This document shows, in pieces, positions 1 through 9,414 of a stretch of 64,000 bases of DNA. The notes beneath the pieces were generated by a model. It was not told the origin of the DNA and did not search any database. It worked only from the letters and a program-made list of their open reading frames with translations. Each line of letters starts with the position of its first letter. Positions within the stretch are counted from its first letter, which is position 1. The DNA comes from an uncultured Candidatus Saccharibacteria bacterium (lineage in GTDB: Bacteria > Patescibacteriota > Minisyncoccia > Phycocordibacterales > UBA9973). A program made the position numbers and the translations under genes. Where the stretch lies: assembly GCA_964624665.1 (NCBI GenBank), contig CAZUZG010000001.1, positions 7,310 to 71,309 of the forward strand, in the 5' to 3' direction.

Positions 1-390
1 TACATAAAGAATTTTGATTGCTGGAATAAAGAAAAACAATATGTAAACTCTCAAGAACGAGAGCTATATTTTGCACAACGTGAAATCTGGTGGTGTTCTT
101 TGGGAGTAAATGTTGGAACCGAAATAGATGGCAAAAACGGCAAGTATGAACGTCCAGTTCTTATCCTAAAACATATAAACAAGGATATGGCTCTTATCCT
201 TCCACTGACTTCAAAAGCAAAGGCTGATGATTTTCATTTAAAAATTAGTTCTAATAATATGGTCTCATTTGTTAAAATCTCTCAGTCAAGAACAATAAGT
301 AGTAAAAGGCTAATACGAAAAATTGATACGTTGGACGATATGCAGTTTTTGGCTGTTTACCAAAGCTTCATTGATTTTCTTTATCAATAA
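1..390 (+). CDS. PemK/MazF-family endoribonuclease toxin (5' end outside window)
   Basis: Frame 1 is open from base 1: ..NFDCWNKEK..FAQREIWWCSLGVNVGTEIDGKNGKYERPVLILK..LPLTS..SQSRTISSKRL, the PemK pattern (G-x-E..RPVLI..PLTS..Q-x-RTI). Confidence 0.85.
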   Translation, partial: YIKNFDCWNKEKQYVNSQERELYFAQREIWWCSLGVNVGTEIDGKNGKYERPVLILKHINKDMALILPLTSKAKADDFHLKISSNNMVSFVKISQSRTISSKRLIRKIDTLDDMQFLAVYQSFIDFLYQ

Positions 391-394
391 CATC

Positions 395-434
395 GAAACC
401 CGCCACAAGGGCGGGTTTCTCGGAGGCCGAAGCC
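395..434 (+). other. GC-rich hairpin plus second small hairpin directly after pemK (structured RNA or atypical terminator)
   Basis: GAAACCCGCC-acaag-GGCGGGTTTC is a perfect 10-bp stem, followed by tcggaGGC-cgaa-GCC; no U-tract follows. Confidence 0.55.
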
Positions 435-640
435 ATCAATAAACTCATTATATACCTATACCTAAAAAAAATCAACAAGGGTGTTAATAACTAAAAATCA
501 ACTCCCATATCGGATGCCGTTCAGATTTAATAAAATTATTATATCGCCGCGCGATTTTTATCGCATGTGTAAATTAAAAGAAAAAGAATATGAAACCTAT
601 TCCCGTTGCTTGTTTTCCTCTTTAATGTTACTCTGCAAAT

Positions 641-862
641 ATGGAAACTCCAAACTCTATACAATTTTTTATTCATGCAGCCGAAGAAGGCGGATACACC
701 GCCGATGCAATTGGCTATTCAATTTACACCCAGGGCGAAACTTTGGATGAAATATTTCGAAACATAAAGGATGCCGTTCAGTGCCATTTTGAAGACAAGG
801 GAAAGGCTGTAGCAAAATCACTCCCGATTATGATTAATTACACACTACGAACCTTGGTTTAA
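641..862 (+). CDS. hicB: HicB-like antitoxin (short, no DNA-binding domain)
   Basis: AEEGGYTA..IYTQGETLDEIFRNIKDAV..HF HicB signature; 3 nt upstream of hicA. Confidence 0.85.
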   Translation: METPNSIQFFIHAAEEGGYTADAIGYSIYTQGETLDEIFRNIKDAVQCHFEDKGKAVAKSLPIMINYTLRTLV

Positions 863-865
863 GTT

Positions 866-1108
866 ATGCCGAAATTAAAACAATTTTCAGGAAAAGAAAT
901 TATTAAGATTCTTGAATCTTATGGTTTTATAAATAAACGAACAACTGGTAGCCATGCTCGCGTGACATTTATTAAAAATAGTACCTCATATCATATTACA
1001 ATCCCTTTGCACGACGCGCTAAAAAAAGGGACTTTGCATGGAATAATAAAAAATCTTGAATTACACCTCGGTCACGAAGAAGTTCGAAAAATATTTTTTA
1101 CCAACTAA
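866..1108 (+). CDS. hicA: HicA mRNA interferase toxin
   Basis: MPKLK..SGKEIIKILE..GF..R..GSH..IPLH..LKKGTL..I HicA signature. Confidence 0.9.
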   Translation: MPKLKQFSGKEIIKILESYGFINKRTTGSHARVTFIKNSTSYHITIPLHDALKKGTLHGIIKNLELHLGHEEVRKIFFTN

Positions 1109-1243
1109 AGCACCATAGTATAAATTAAATCCATCTTTGATTAACATTTTCAAAACCATTGGCCACCATTAGAGCCAATTCATTTATGGAAATTTATTTT
1201 TCTTAAGGCCTATTTTTCATATACTTATTATAGTGTATAAAAA

Positions 1244-1951
1244 TTAAAAATTGTCCAGTAATTTTTTTAAAAGCAAATAGGCCATATCAAGAACTATAGC
1301 CCCAGCTATTCCAGTAAAAAACCATTTGCTTAGTGCTTTTTTACTCCTATTCTTTTGAGTATCAAAATTGGTATAGGGATGTAATGAAGCCCCAATTGTA
1401 TACCAAAAAATTATAAAGAAAAATAATATCAGGCTTATATTTAATCTTCGGGGTGAATTATCAATATACATAGCAATAGCCACAAGTAATACCACTGCAA
1501 CAAGCACAGCCAGTAAACTCATGTTATGCTTCCCATAAAAGAGCTGATGATTAGTTTTCTTAAAACTTAGAATCTTCTCTAAGCCAGCCCAAAGGTTAAC
1601 AACGCTATCTCTTGGTCTTTCTGATTCTAATTCAATTGCAACCCTGCATCTCTTCCACCCTTCATCAAATGACAGTAATAGATTTAAGTACTTGGGCTTG
1701 ATAATTTGCAGATTGATTTGCACCTCTGAAATATCATTTGGAAAAATAGGATGCTTATATAAATCAATACTTGAAATAGTTTCAGTTCCAAAGTTATCTG
1801 ATAGTTTTATTTGATAGCCACTTTTAATAATATCTGAATCTAATCCAAGTATCTTAGGAGCTTCTGAACATAAATATTCTTCTATATTCTTTATTAAATC
1901 AATACCAACCTCATATGAAGTTAAATCTTTCGTAAACCTAAATTTTGCCAT
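1244..1951 (-). CDS. hypothetical membrane protein (soluble N-domain, 3 C-terminal TM segments)
   Basis: 235-aa ORF; hydrophobic runs LLAVLVAVVLLVAIAM, ISLILFFFIIFWY, WFFTGIAGAIVLDMAYLLL. Confidence 0.7.
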   Translation of the reverse strand: MAKFRFTKDLTSYEVGIDLIKNIEEYLCSEAPKILGLDSDIIKSGYQIKLSDNFGTETISSIDLYKHPIFPNDISEVQINLQIIKPKYLNLLLSFDEGWKRCRVAIELESERPRDSVVNLWAGLEKILSFKKTNHQLFYGKHNMSLLAVLVAVVLLVAIAMYIDNSPRRLNISLILFFFIIFWYTIGASLHPYTNFDTQKNRSKKALSKWFFTGIAGAIVLDMAYLLLKKLLDNF

Positions 1952-1991
1952 TCCTAGACCCTTTTATCAAATTAAACATTTTCAAGCATTG

Positions 1992-2699
1992 TTACCCTTT
2001 TACATTATGCCTTTTTCCAACATCAAAAAACTCAACTTCTTTTATTTTTCTCGACTTAACGTATTTAGAATCATCATTGTGAGCCAAGCCATTTGTTAAT
2101 AGTGCATGCCCCACAATATCTCTAAGCTCATTAAACTTTATCTTCGGAATTGGAGATGTATTTAATTCAAAGATATTATTAACTAATTCACAAAAGGAAG
2201 TTACTTCATCCATAGGAAGCTTATGGCCAGGATTCTTTTTGAATTTTGCATCCATAATCATTAAAAGGTCTTTCCAGGTAGGATTATCAGAGGCATTACC
2301 TGTTTGAAAAGAAATGTCTGGATGAATATTTTGGCCTGGGTATTTTGTGCCAATACGAGTACCAGTACAAACTTGATATAGTACCTTACCGGTTTTCTTA
2401 TCTAAAAGATCAAATCTTGGAACATGATTCTTTTCAGCAGCGGCCTGAGGGAACTTATGTGGATCGGCCCCCTTGCCGGGAACATAAACAACATCATATC
2501 CATTCATTAAATCAGCAATAATCCTCATGTAACAATAAAACTCATACACATAGCAATTCTTATTAGCTCTCTCAATATAACCGACTGTTTTTCCTGAATC
2601 ATGCCAATGAGAAGCCTTTCCAAGTTTTTCGGAGAATCTTACTATTTCATCAATGTAATTCTTCTTCTCCTGTCTCATACATTCATATCTACTGGCCAA
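1992..2699 (-). CDS. PD-(D/E)xK nuclease-like protein (McrC-like motif)
   Basis: HPDISF....IMDAKFK motif; upstream YVYEFYCY resembles the McrC-type YE-x-(W/Y) helix; overlaps upstream gene by 25 nt. Confidence 0.55.
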   Translation of the reverse strand: MASRYECMRQEKKNYIDEIVRFSEKLGKASHWHDSGKTVGYIERANKNCYVYEFYCYMRIIADLMNGYDVVYVPGKGADPHKFPQAAAEKNHVPRFDLLDKKTGKVLYQVCTGTRIGTKYPGQNIHPDISFQTGNASDNPTWKDLLMIMDAKFKKNPGHKLPMDEVTSFCELVNNIFELNTSPIPKIKFNELRDIVGHALLTNGLAHNDDSKYVKSRKIKEVEFFDVGKRHNVKG

Positions 2700-3640
2700 A
2701 GTTTATTACTAAATATCCTTTTAAAGTATTCCTCATCCTTGTCTCCAATGGTTATCTTCTCAAGAATAGCGGATGAAAATTTATTATTGCCAATTTCTTT
2801 AAACAAATCCTTGAAGTATTCTGATTGGATGCTTATACTATCCCCTACTTTATCCGGTATCAATAACGCTTGCCCCTTAACATCCGATTTCAAAACATCC
2901 TTCCCATCCTCGTCATAGCTAATAAAACCAACTTGACTAACAGGCACACCGACTTTACTTAGACTCCCTCCTAATATTTCGTGAGCACTTGTAATATATC
3001 TGCCTTGTGAAAGAATGTTCTCATTAATATATTCCCATAGAAATTTATAAACTTTAATAAAATCCATCCCTTTGAACTCAACAGTTCCAAATTCTTCAAT
3101 TGCGTACAACACAAAATCGTATTTGCTTTCCTTTGGCAAAGCATTGATTAAATTACCGAAAGCAGTGCGGGCGATAAATACCTGCTCCTTTGTAATAGTT
3201 TCATAATCTTCTACTAGGATTTTTCGATATTGTTGTTGGAAGTGCTTTTGAGGGTTTAAATAACTATAAACACTTAACAAGCTGTAAGTATAATCATTTA
3301 GTTTTCTTGTCTCTTCTATTTCACCTTCAGCTTTGAGAACAAAAGGGTGAAAATATTGTTGCGGAAGCAATGGTTGATCCTTCTTAGCTCGTATTTCATT
3401 TTGTTCCTTTTCGTATGCTGAAAATTCAATCGGAACTACAGGTCCAATTTTTTCAACGAAACCATACTGAGTAAAATTAAAAATTTCATAAGTCGGTTCA
3501 ATAAGAATATACTTTTCATCTTTCCGAATAGGTAATTTAGCTTGGGTGGATTTAATTCTTAATGAAACATCTAACCCTTTTGCTCCCCTATAGGTTGGGT
3601 TATAAATATAGTCCTTATTAAATACCCAATGATTTGCCAT
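2675..3640 (-). CDS. hypothetical protein with possible N-terminal EVE/PUA-like domain
   Basis: N-terminal NHWVF, IRKDEKYILI..FTQYGFV, and HFQQQYRKILVEDYETI, which resembles the end of EVE domains; family call is inference. Confidence 0.45.
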   Translation of the reverse strand: MANHWVFNKDYIYNPTYRGAKGLDVSLRIKSTQAKLPIRKDEKYILIEPTYEIFNFTQYGFVEKIGPVVPIEFSAYEKEQNEIRAKKDQPLLPQQYFHPFVLKAEGEIEETRKLNDYTYSLLSVYSYLNPQKHFQQQYRKILVEDYETITKEQVFIARTAFGNLINALPKESKYDFVLYAIEEFGTVEFKGMDFIKVYKFLWEYINENILSQGRYITSAHEILGGSLSKVGVPVSQVGFISYDEDGKDVLKSDVKGQALLIPDKVGDSISIQSEYFKDLFKEIGNNKFSSAILEKITIGDKDEEYFKRIFSNKLWPVDMNV

Positions 3641-3657
3641 TACTGATTTCTGTTAAG

Positions 3658-3665
3658 CAAAAATA
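3658..3665 (-). promoter_or_regulatory. Bacteroidota-type -7 promoter element (TAnnTTTG)
   Basis: TATTTTTG on minus strand 17 nt upstream of the 3640 start; same consensus at 20177-20184 and 24928-24935 just upstream of minus-strand starts. Confidence 0.45.
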
Positions 3666-3738
3666 CCATTTGTTTATTAAAAATAGTGAAAAAACACATT
3701 CTTACATTGGTTTCAATAAATAAAAAACTTTGCTAAAG

Positions 3739-3757
3739 AGCAAAATTCCCCCTACTT
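3739..3757 (+). repeat. dispersed motif copy 1 (AGCAAAATTCCCCCTACTT)
   Basis: Single-mismatch copies at 5253-5271 and 62615-62633. Confidence 0.8.
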
Positions 3758-3790
3758 CACAAATTCCTAAAATTTATTAGACTACTGAAT

Positions 3791-4069
3791 ATGAGTTATG
3801 TCAAATACAAAAGAAAGCCCAATTTATTAAGGAAATACAGGCGTGAGGCAGGATTTAAGCAGGCGGAGGTGGCCAAATTATTAGGTCTCAGGAATACTGC
3901 TCAAATTTCCCTTTGGGAAAATTCCTCCCGTGGTATGAGAGTTGAAAATGCCATGTTACTCAGTTGTCTATACGGCAAAATGACTGATGACATTTTTCAA
4001 GATACCAGAAAATGGGCTATGGAAAGTATAACGAGAAAAAAGGCAGAGCTTTCTCAATTATCAAGATGA
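3791..4069 (+). CDS. XRE-family HTH regulator
   Basis: LRKYRREAGFKQAEVAKLLG....ISLWEN XRE pattern. Confidence 0.85.
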   Translation: MSYVKYKRKPNLLRKYRREAGFKQAEVAKLLGLRNTAQISLWENSSRGMRVENAMLLSCLYGKMTDDIFQDTRKWAMESITRKKAELSQLSR

Positions 4070-4770
4070 AAAAAATTAAAAAGGTTCGAGAAATACGAAA
4101 AATTGATTATTCAACCTTCGTATGGATTAGCAAGTGCATTCTTCTTGAAGGGTATGCAGAAAAGATCGGAGCGCATGGATTGGCTGTATATACAGTTTTA
4201 GCAACCTGCGCCAATAATAATCAGGAATGTTATCCAAGCGAAGCATATATAGCAGAAATACTTAATTGTTCCAGGAATACAGTCCGTAAATATTTAAAAC
4301 GGCTGGCAAAACAAAAAATTATAAAAGTAAAAAGTCGAACCCGTCATCGTTCCACATATCAACTGTTGCACATTAAATGTCCAACAGGAAAGCATTTAAG
4401 AAACAAAAAAGGAGTAGCAGATGTTCAAAATTTGAGCACTAACGAGAATAACGAAAGAGAATACGAAGAGAACGAAACGACATTAATAAATAAGAAAGAA
4501 ATCGAATCGATGCCTAAAATGCAAAAAGAACCACCAGAGAATATTTACCATAAATTAATTCAAGAGAATATATTGGCTTTAAGGTTGGCTGAATCTCTTA
4601 ATGATGCTAAGAGCTTACCTTTTTACCAGAGTGTTGCACAGAAATATTCTGAATCAGTTTTAATTGAAATTTTAGATCATGTGAATGAAATGCCGGAGAG
4701 AAAGATAAAAAAAAGTCGGGCACATTTATTTAATTACTTAATTACACAACATGGAAAAAAAGCAAATTAA
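4066..4770 (+). CDS. HTH-containing replication-initiator-like protein
   Basis: LAVYTVLA..AN...CYPSEAYIAEILNCSRNTVRKYLKRL phage/plasmid Rep-type wHTH; ATGA overlap with the XRE stop suggests start 4066. Confidence 0.7.
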   Translation: MKKIKKVREIRKIDYSTFVWISKCILLEGYAEKIGAHGLAVYTVLATCANNNQECYPSEAYIAEILNCSRNTVRKYLKRLAKQKIIKVKSRTRHRSTYQLLHIKCPTGKHLRNKKGVADVQNLSTNENNEREYEENETTLINKKEIESMPKMQKEPPENIYHKLIQENILALRLAESLNDAKSLPFYQSVAQKYSESVLIEILDHVNEMPERKIKKSRAHLFNYLITQHGKKAN

Positions 4771-5257
4771 GATATTAGGAATTGACCCTGGTACAATCAG
4801 AACAGGAATTGCGATCATGGAAGGTCCAGTTCTCAGAGACTGGCGAATTAAATTTTTTGATGGCAAGTTTTCCAAAGCGAAATTAAAACGTATTATTTCT
4901 GCCGTATCTAAGATGGCGGAGCTTTATCAGGTCTCCCATATTGCGCTTAATATCCCGATGAAAAAATATTCTGCCAATCAGGACAAGGTGATTTTAGGAA
5001 TTCAGGAATTTGCTAAAAAGAAGAATTTAGGGCTTATAACAAGCAGTACTTCGGAGGTAAAGGAGTTTTTCAAATCGGTAAATAAAATGGAGTTGGCGGA
5101 GACAATGTCGATGCGAAATAGCTCAATTGCTACTGAACTGGAAAAAGAGAAAAACAATAAGTTTATATATTACGATAAAATGTTTGTGGCGATTGGCACA
5201 GCCTTAATGCTGTATAGGAAACTAGATGGCGGCATAAATAACTTTTCTGTTGAGTAA
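4751..5257 (+). CDS. RuvC/YqgF-like RNase H-fold protein
   Basis: KILGIDPGTIRTGIAIMEG N-terminal RuvC motif; overlaps the Rep-like gene. Confidence 0.75.
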   Translation: MEKKQIKILGIDPGTIRTGIAIMEGPVLRDWRIKFFDGKFSKAKLKRIISAVSKMAELYQVSHIALNIPMKKYSANQDKVILGIQEFAKKKNLGLITSSTSEVKEFFKSVNKMELAETMSMRNSSIATELEKEKNNKFIYYDKMFVAIGTALMLYRKLDGGINNFSVE

Positions 5258-5271
5258 AATTCCCCCTACTT
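5253..5271 (+). repeat. dispersed motif copy 2 (AGTAAAATTCCCCCTACTT)
   Basis: 18/19 identical to 3739-3757. Confidence 0.75.
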
Positions 5272-5334
5272 ATAAATATCTGCAAAAAGAATATTCTATT
5301 GAAAGATGCTTTAAAAATCTTAAAAATAGAAAAC

Positions 5335-5544
5335 ATGAAAAATAACAAAGTTATATTTACCGGAATGGTAGAGAAAAACCAAGGGGTTTATTCCCGCCAC
5401 TATAATAGAAATGGAAATATTACTCATCACCCCTATATTAGGCTTGCTGGAAAATACCTAGAGAATATAGGGTTTAATATCGGTGATCGGATTAATATTC
5501 AAATAGAACAAGGGAAAATAACAATTACTAAGATTGATTCTTGA
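5335..5544 (+). CDS. SymE-family type I toxin (AbrB fold)
   Basis: PYIRLAGKYLENIGFNIGDRINIQIEQGKITI is the SymE signature; ATG at 5335 preferred over TTG 5299. Confidence 0.8.
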   Translation: MKNNKVIFTGMVEKNQGVYSRHYNRNGNITHHPYIRLAGKYLENIGFNIGDRINIQIEQGKITITKIDS

Positions 5545-5551
5545 AGTATTT

Positions 5552-5577
5552 AACCTAACATTTATGTTAGGTTTTTT
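5552..5577 (+). terminator. intrinsic terminator
   Basis: AACCTAACAT-tt-ATGTTAGGTT followed by T run, just after symE. Confidence 0.7.
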
Positions 5578-5645
5578 ATTTTATCTATAATTATTTATTG
5601 TACTTTTATTACGGCCCATTTCACCTGATACTTAACCGCCATCTA

Positions 5646-6878
5646 ATGAAAGCTCTTAGTCATGTATTTGTGTTACTAGGAATAATTCTTTCTGTCTTCT
5701 TATTCAAAAAAGAAGCAACAGGGCAAAATTATAGAGGGAAAGAATTTATTTCCGCGTATAAAAATAAGCCAAGATATGATTCAATAGTTAATTTTTCAGA
5801 TGCAAAATTCTTTTCAATTGCCAACTTTACAGCATCTGAACTTGATTCTATGGTATTTTTCAATAATGCCACCTTTAACAAGGCAGCTATTTATAATTTT
5901 ACAATATTCTGCTCTGCTACCAATTTTAGATTTTCAACCTTTCATAGAGACGCATACTTTTTTTCTGCAATGTTTCGTTCAAATGCTGATTTTGTTGCTG
6001 CTAAATTTGACTCAATAGCTGGTTTTACAAACTCAATTTTTTTTACTAACGCAAATTTTTTGAGCGCCCGTTTTTCCGGAGAAACCTTTTTTAATGGGGT
6101 TGTCTTACCCGATACTTTGGGCTTTAGACATGTTGTTGAAATTAACAAGGAAATTGATTTTACGAATGCGAAACTTGATAGTGTAAAATTGGCAAAAGAT
6201 CAGAACTACAAATGTAAAATAACTCTGACGGGCTCTAATATTGAAAAGATAAAGATAAACTATGAACTTTTTGAATTATGGTTTCCAACATCAGTAACCT
6301 ATGAACAAAAAATAAGCACTTATGAAAAACTACTTCAAAAATTCAAAAATGATGGCTTTCTTGAAAGTTATAAAAAACTTGATATAGAGTACCGAAATTT
6401 TAAAAATATTCAAAATGGCGACGTGGTATTGAATTGGTTTATTAAACACTGGTGGAACTATGGCTACAATAGAGAATGGGTAATTTATTGGGCATTATCA
6501 ATTCTTGGCTCATTTATCTTTCTAAATACTTTTCTTTTTGAAAAACTTCAAAAAGAAGTATATACCATAAATTTCAATTTTTTTACGCCAGAGGATTATT
6601 CAAGACTAGCGAGGAATCCAAATTTCTGGCGAGAGAGGGAAAAATATTTTACGCTTCCCTACCTTCTAGCTATCTGGCAATTCCCAATATTATCCTTTGC
6701 ATTTGTTACATTGAATGCAATTAATTCATTGATGTACACAGCGATTCTCTTTTTTGGCGTGAAAATTTCACTTGAGAATTTTAAGAAATTTAGTGGATGG
6801 ACTATGTATATATGGCTGATGTATGTTACCGGCCTTTTCTGCCTTGCCTACATTTTAAATATTATTATTGTTAAATAA
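5646..6878 (+). CDS. pentapeptide-repeat membrane protein
   Basis: Repeated A-x-F-x-x units (AKF, ANF, ATF, ADF, ARF); N-terminal hydrophobic signal; C-terminal WWNYGY plus TM helices. Confidence 0.8.
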   Translation: MKALSHVFVLLGIILSVFLFKKEATGQNYRGKEFISAYKNKPRYDSIVNFSDAKFFSIANFTASELDSMVFFNNATFNKAAIYNFTIFCSATNFRFSTFHRDAYFFSAMFRSNADFVAAKFDSIAGFTNSIFFTNANFLSARFSGETFFNGVVLPDTLGFRHVVEINKEIDFTNAKLDSVKLAKDQNYKCKITLTGSNIEKIKINYELFELWFPTSVTYEQKISTYEKLLQKFKNDGFLESYKKLDIEYRNFKNIQNGDVVLNWFIKHWWNYGYNREWVIYWALSILGSFIFLNTFLFEKLQKEVYTINFNFFTPEDYSRLARNPNFWREREKYFTLPYLLAIWQFPILSFAFVTLNAINSLMYTAILFFGVKISLENFKKFSGWTMYIWLMYVTGLFCLAYILNIIIVK

Positions 6879-6929
6879 GGTGTAACCCATGTTCGTTAAA
6901 ATAAATCAACTTTTATATTCATAATACCT

Positions 6930-8642
6930 CTATGCTTGGAAACCAGGTTGAATATTTGGTTTTTGAAAATAAGTTTTAATTAAATCATGTGTATTAGCGT
7001 GAGTAAAATTCAAGTTAAAGTACATACAATGCATTGAAACAATTTTCAGAGGTTCTTCTGTATTGGCCTCATTATGCAAGAAGTATTTTCTTTGATTATT
7101 TGTACCAACAACCCAATCATGTTCATTCCCTAAAGCCCCTTTAATTGCAAAATCAAGAACACCTGCCAAAGTTCTAGCAACATTCCCATCAACAAGTGAA
7201 GAATCCCAATCAGAAACTATATTCAGAAATTTTGCTTTACTCTGAGGTTTTAAACTTAACAAGTCTTCGAGCTCTTTAGAATCTGGTGACATTTCTATAC
7301 ATGCCTTTTGCTTTAAAAAGAAGTCTGAAGAAAACTGTAAAAAAGCCAAAATAATTTTTCCAGAACCTGGCGTAGATAATGATTTTAAAATACTAAGTCC
7401 TCTCGCAATTTGCTTGCCCACTTTAAACCACCCTACTCCATTTGCACCAGAAAACATAATCACCTTATCAATAGGAATGATATTATCATTGCTCTTATCT
7501 GCAAAGCGTTTAGAAACCAAAGCTCCCCTACTGGCTGAGACAATAGAAACAGGTTGAGTAAATACATTGCCTGCTATTTTTTTCAAAAACCATTCAACAT
7601 TATCTTGGGCATTTTCAGAAACAGTTGGGTGATTAAATGCAATTATTTGCTCAAAGACACCTTCATCAATTAGATTATTTAAAAGAAACCGTCTGTTGTA
7701 TGAAACATTATACAAATTTGAAAAGGTACCACTAACAGAAGCAAACGTACCATGTATTAACAATAGAGTTTTCTTAGAAAAATCAATAGGCTCTTCATCA
7801 ATGGATTTAAAAATACCTCCAATCTCCATTTTCTCATGATTATCGTACTTAATGTAATTTAAGATTGCATATTTTTTAGCTCCAAACAAATAATCACCAA
7901 TGTCATCTTTATAGGAAAGATCTTTACTATTTGCATGCAAAGTATCTTTAGCCTCTTGAATTAATATTTCGGCTGTATTAGCGGCTCTTTTATAAGTTAA
8001 GACTTTAACAATAAATGAAGAAATTCTTGTTTTCCCAAGTATATCAAATCTTTCGCTTCTTGTTCTCAATTGGTCCAGTGGTATTAAAAATGTTATACGA
8101 TCCCTTTCCACTGAGTAATCATCTGCTCCCTTTTCAGGCATCACAAATTCTAATGGAGCATTTTCCTCATCATAATTATTTATTGTTGAATGCTGCAAAT
8201 AAGCAATTGCACCTTCATCTGCATCTAAGAAAACAGTCAGTCTTAAATAAGGCATTTCATTTGACCTATTAAAATCAATAAGCCTGCCAACTTCCATATC
8301 ATCGAAATTGATAAACCTTTCTCTAACTAAATTTTCCTTGCCATCCCCAAACGGATTTATGCTATAAATATCATTTACAACTTTTAATGTGGCTCCTTTT
8401 GAGTGAAAGTTACCATCATCTGTGAATTCAATTTTTCCAGAAAAACTTGGAATTTCATTATCCTCCCAACCTAGAGTTCCCCAAACACCAGATATTCCTT
8501 GAGAATTTCCATTTTTGAGCTTTTCTTCTAATAATTTTGTTTCATTCTGATTCATTTCATCTGACTTCACTGAACCCAGCACAAAAAATGATTTATCATT
8601 TAATTCGTATGCCTTTTCAGCATTAAAATTTATTACAGCCAT
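6930..8642 (-). CDS. alpha/beta hydrolase (lipase-like) with unknown N-terminal domain
   Basis: LLIHGTFAS oxyanion loop, SASRGALV nucleophile elbow, HDWVV and SMHCMYF candidate Asp/His. Confidence 0.7.
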   Translation of the reverse strand: MAVINFNAEKAYELNDKSFFVLGSVKSDEMNQNETKLLEEKLKNGNSQGISGVWGTLGWEDNEIPSFSGKIEFTDDGNFHSKGATLKVVNDIYSINPFGDGKENLVRERFINFDDMEVGRLIDFNRSNEMPYLRLTVFLDADEGAIAYLQHSTINNYDEENAPLEFVMPEKGADDYSVERDRITFLIPLDQLRTRSERFDILGKTRISSFIVKVLTYKRAANTAEILIQEAKDTLHANSKDLSYKDDIGDYLFGAKKYAILNYIKYDNHEKMEIGGIFKSIDEEPIDFSKKTLLLIHGTFASVSGTFSNLYNVSYNRRFLLNNLIDEGVFEQIIAFNHPTVSENAQDNVEWFLKKIAGNVFTQPVSIVSASRGALVSKRFADKSNDNIIPIDKVIMFSGANGVGWFKVGKQIARGLSILKSLSTPGSGKIILAFLQFSSDFFLKQKACIEMSPDSKELEDLLSLKPQSKAKFLNIVSDWDSSLVDGNVARTLAGVLDFAIKGALGNEHDWVVGTNNQRKYFLHNEANTEEPLKIVSMHCMYFNLNFTHANTHDLIKTYFQKPNIQPGFQA

Positions 8643-8712
8643 GATGAAAATTATTTAGTTTTTAATTTCTGTATTATTAATCTCATTAAATAGAAAATTT
8701 AATGAGAGTTCA

Positions 8713-9351
8713 TTAAAATGAACTGCTCTTTTTTACTGAATCAATAAAAATTTTTTCATTCTTTTTATTTTGAAGATCAACCTCAATTAGATTATTTTCT
8801 TCTTCAATCTTGTTGGAAATCCAACAAACAACTCTAAAGCCTCTTTTTTCAGTTTTAATTCCTAATCGAATTATTTTATTCCCCTTTTCCCAAATATAAT
8901 ACCAACGAATCCAATCTGTCGCCTCATATGAGCTAATCGATGGTCCTGTTTCACCATATTTTTCTATTATAGAATTTAAGAATCTTTCCAGATAATTTGC
9001 AAAGCAGGTTGAGTCTTTTAAATCGGCAGGGCTTAAAAAATTAGTTAAGGTGTCGACACCAATGAATTGAATTTTATACAGTTCATTATACTTATTAAAA
9101 AATGGAGTCAATAAATAATTGTCTTTACCGGCTATCAATACTGTATCTGTTTGATTAACAATTTTAAATTTGTCAGCAGATATTCCAAAGTTAATTGACC
9201 CATATACTTTATTCTCATCTTCATTTTTAGAAAAAAAAAATTTTCTTTCAGCAGAATTACTATCTAAAGAAGTTGGATTATCATCAATCTTCTCCGGCTC
9301 AGAATTACAAGCATAGAAAAACACTATAATAATTAAGGGTAAATATTTCAT
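8713..9351 (-). CDS. putative lipoprotein
   Basis: MKYLPLIIIVFFYAC lipobox-like start followed by an acidic segment. Confidence 0.7.
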   Translation of the reverse strand: MKYLPLIIIVFFYACNSEPEKIDDNPTSLDSNSAERKFFFSKNEDENKVYGSINFGISADKFKIVNQTDTVLIAGKDNYLLTPFFNKYNELYKIQFIGVDTLTNFLSPADLKDSTCFANYLERFLNSIIEKYGETGPSISSYEATDWIRWYYIWEKGNKIIRLGIKTEKRGFRVVCWISNKIEEENNLIEVDLQNKKNEKIFIDSVKKSSSF

Positions 9352-9414
9352 TTTCTATGCTTGCTTTTTATGAGTTCTTTGTATTTATAATTAAACTTAA
9401 GAAAAAAATCTCAC

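Noticed and set aside
481-750. 89-aa ORF overlapping hicB
   Set aside because: GTG start, no motif, overlaps a well-supported gene in another frame.
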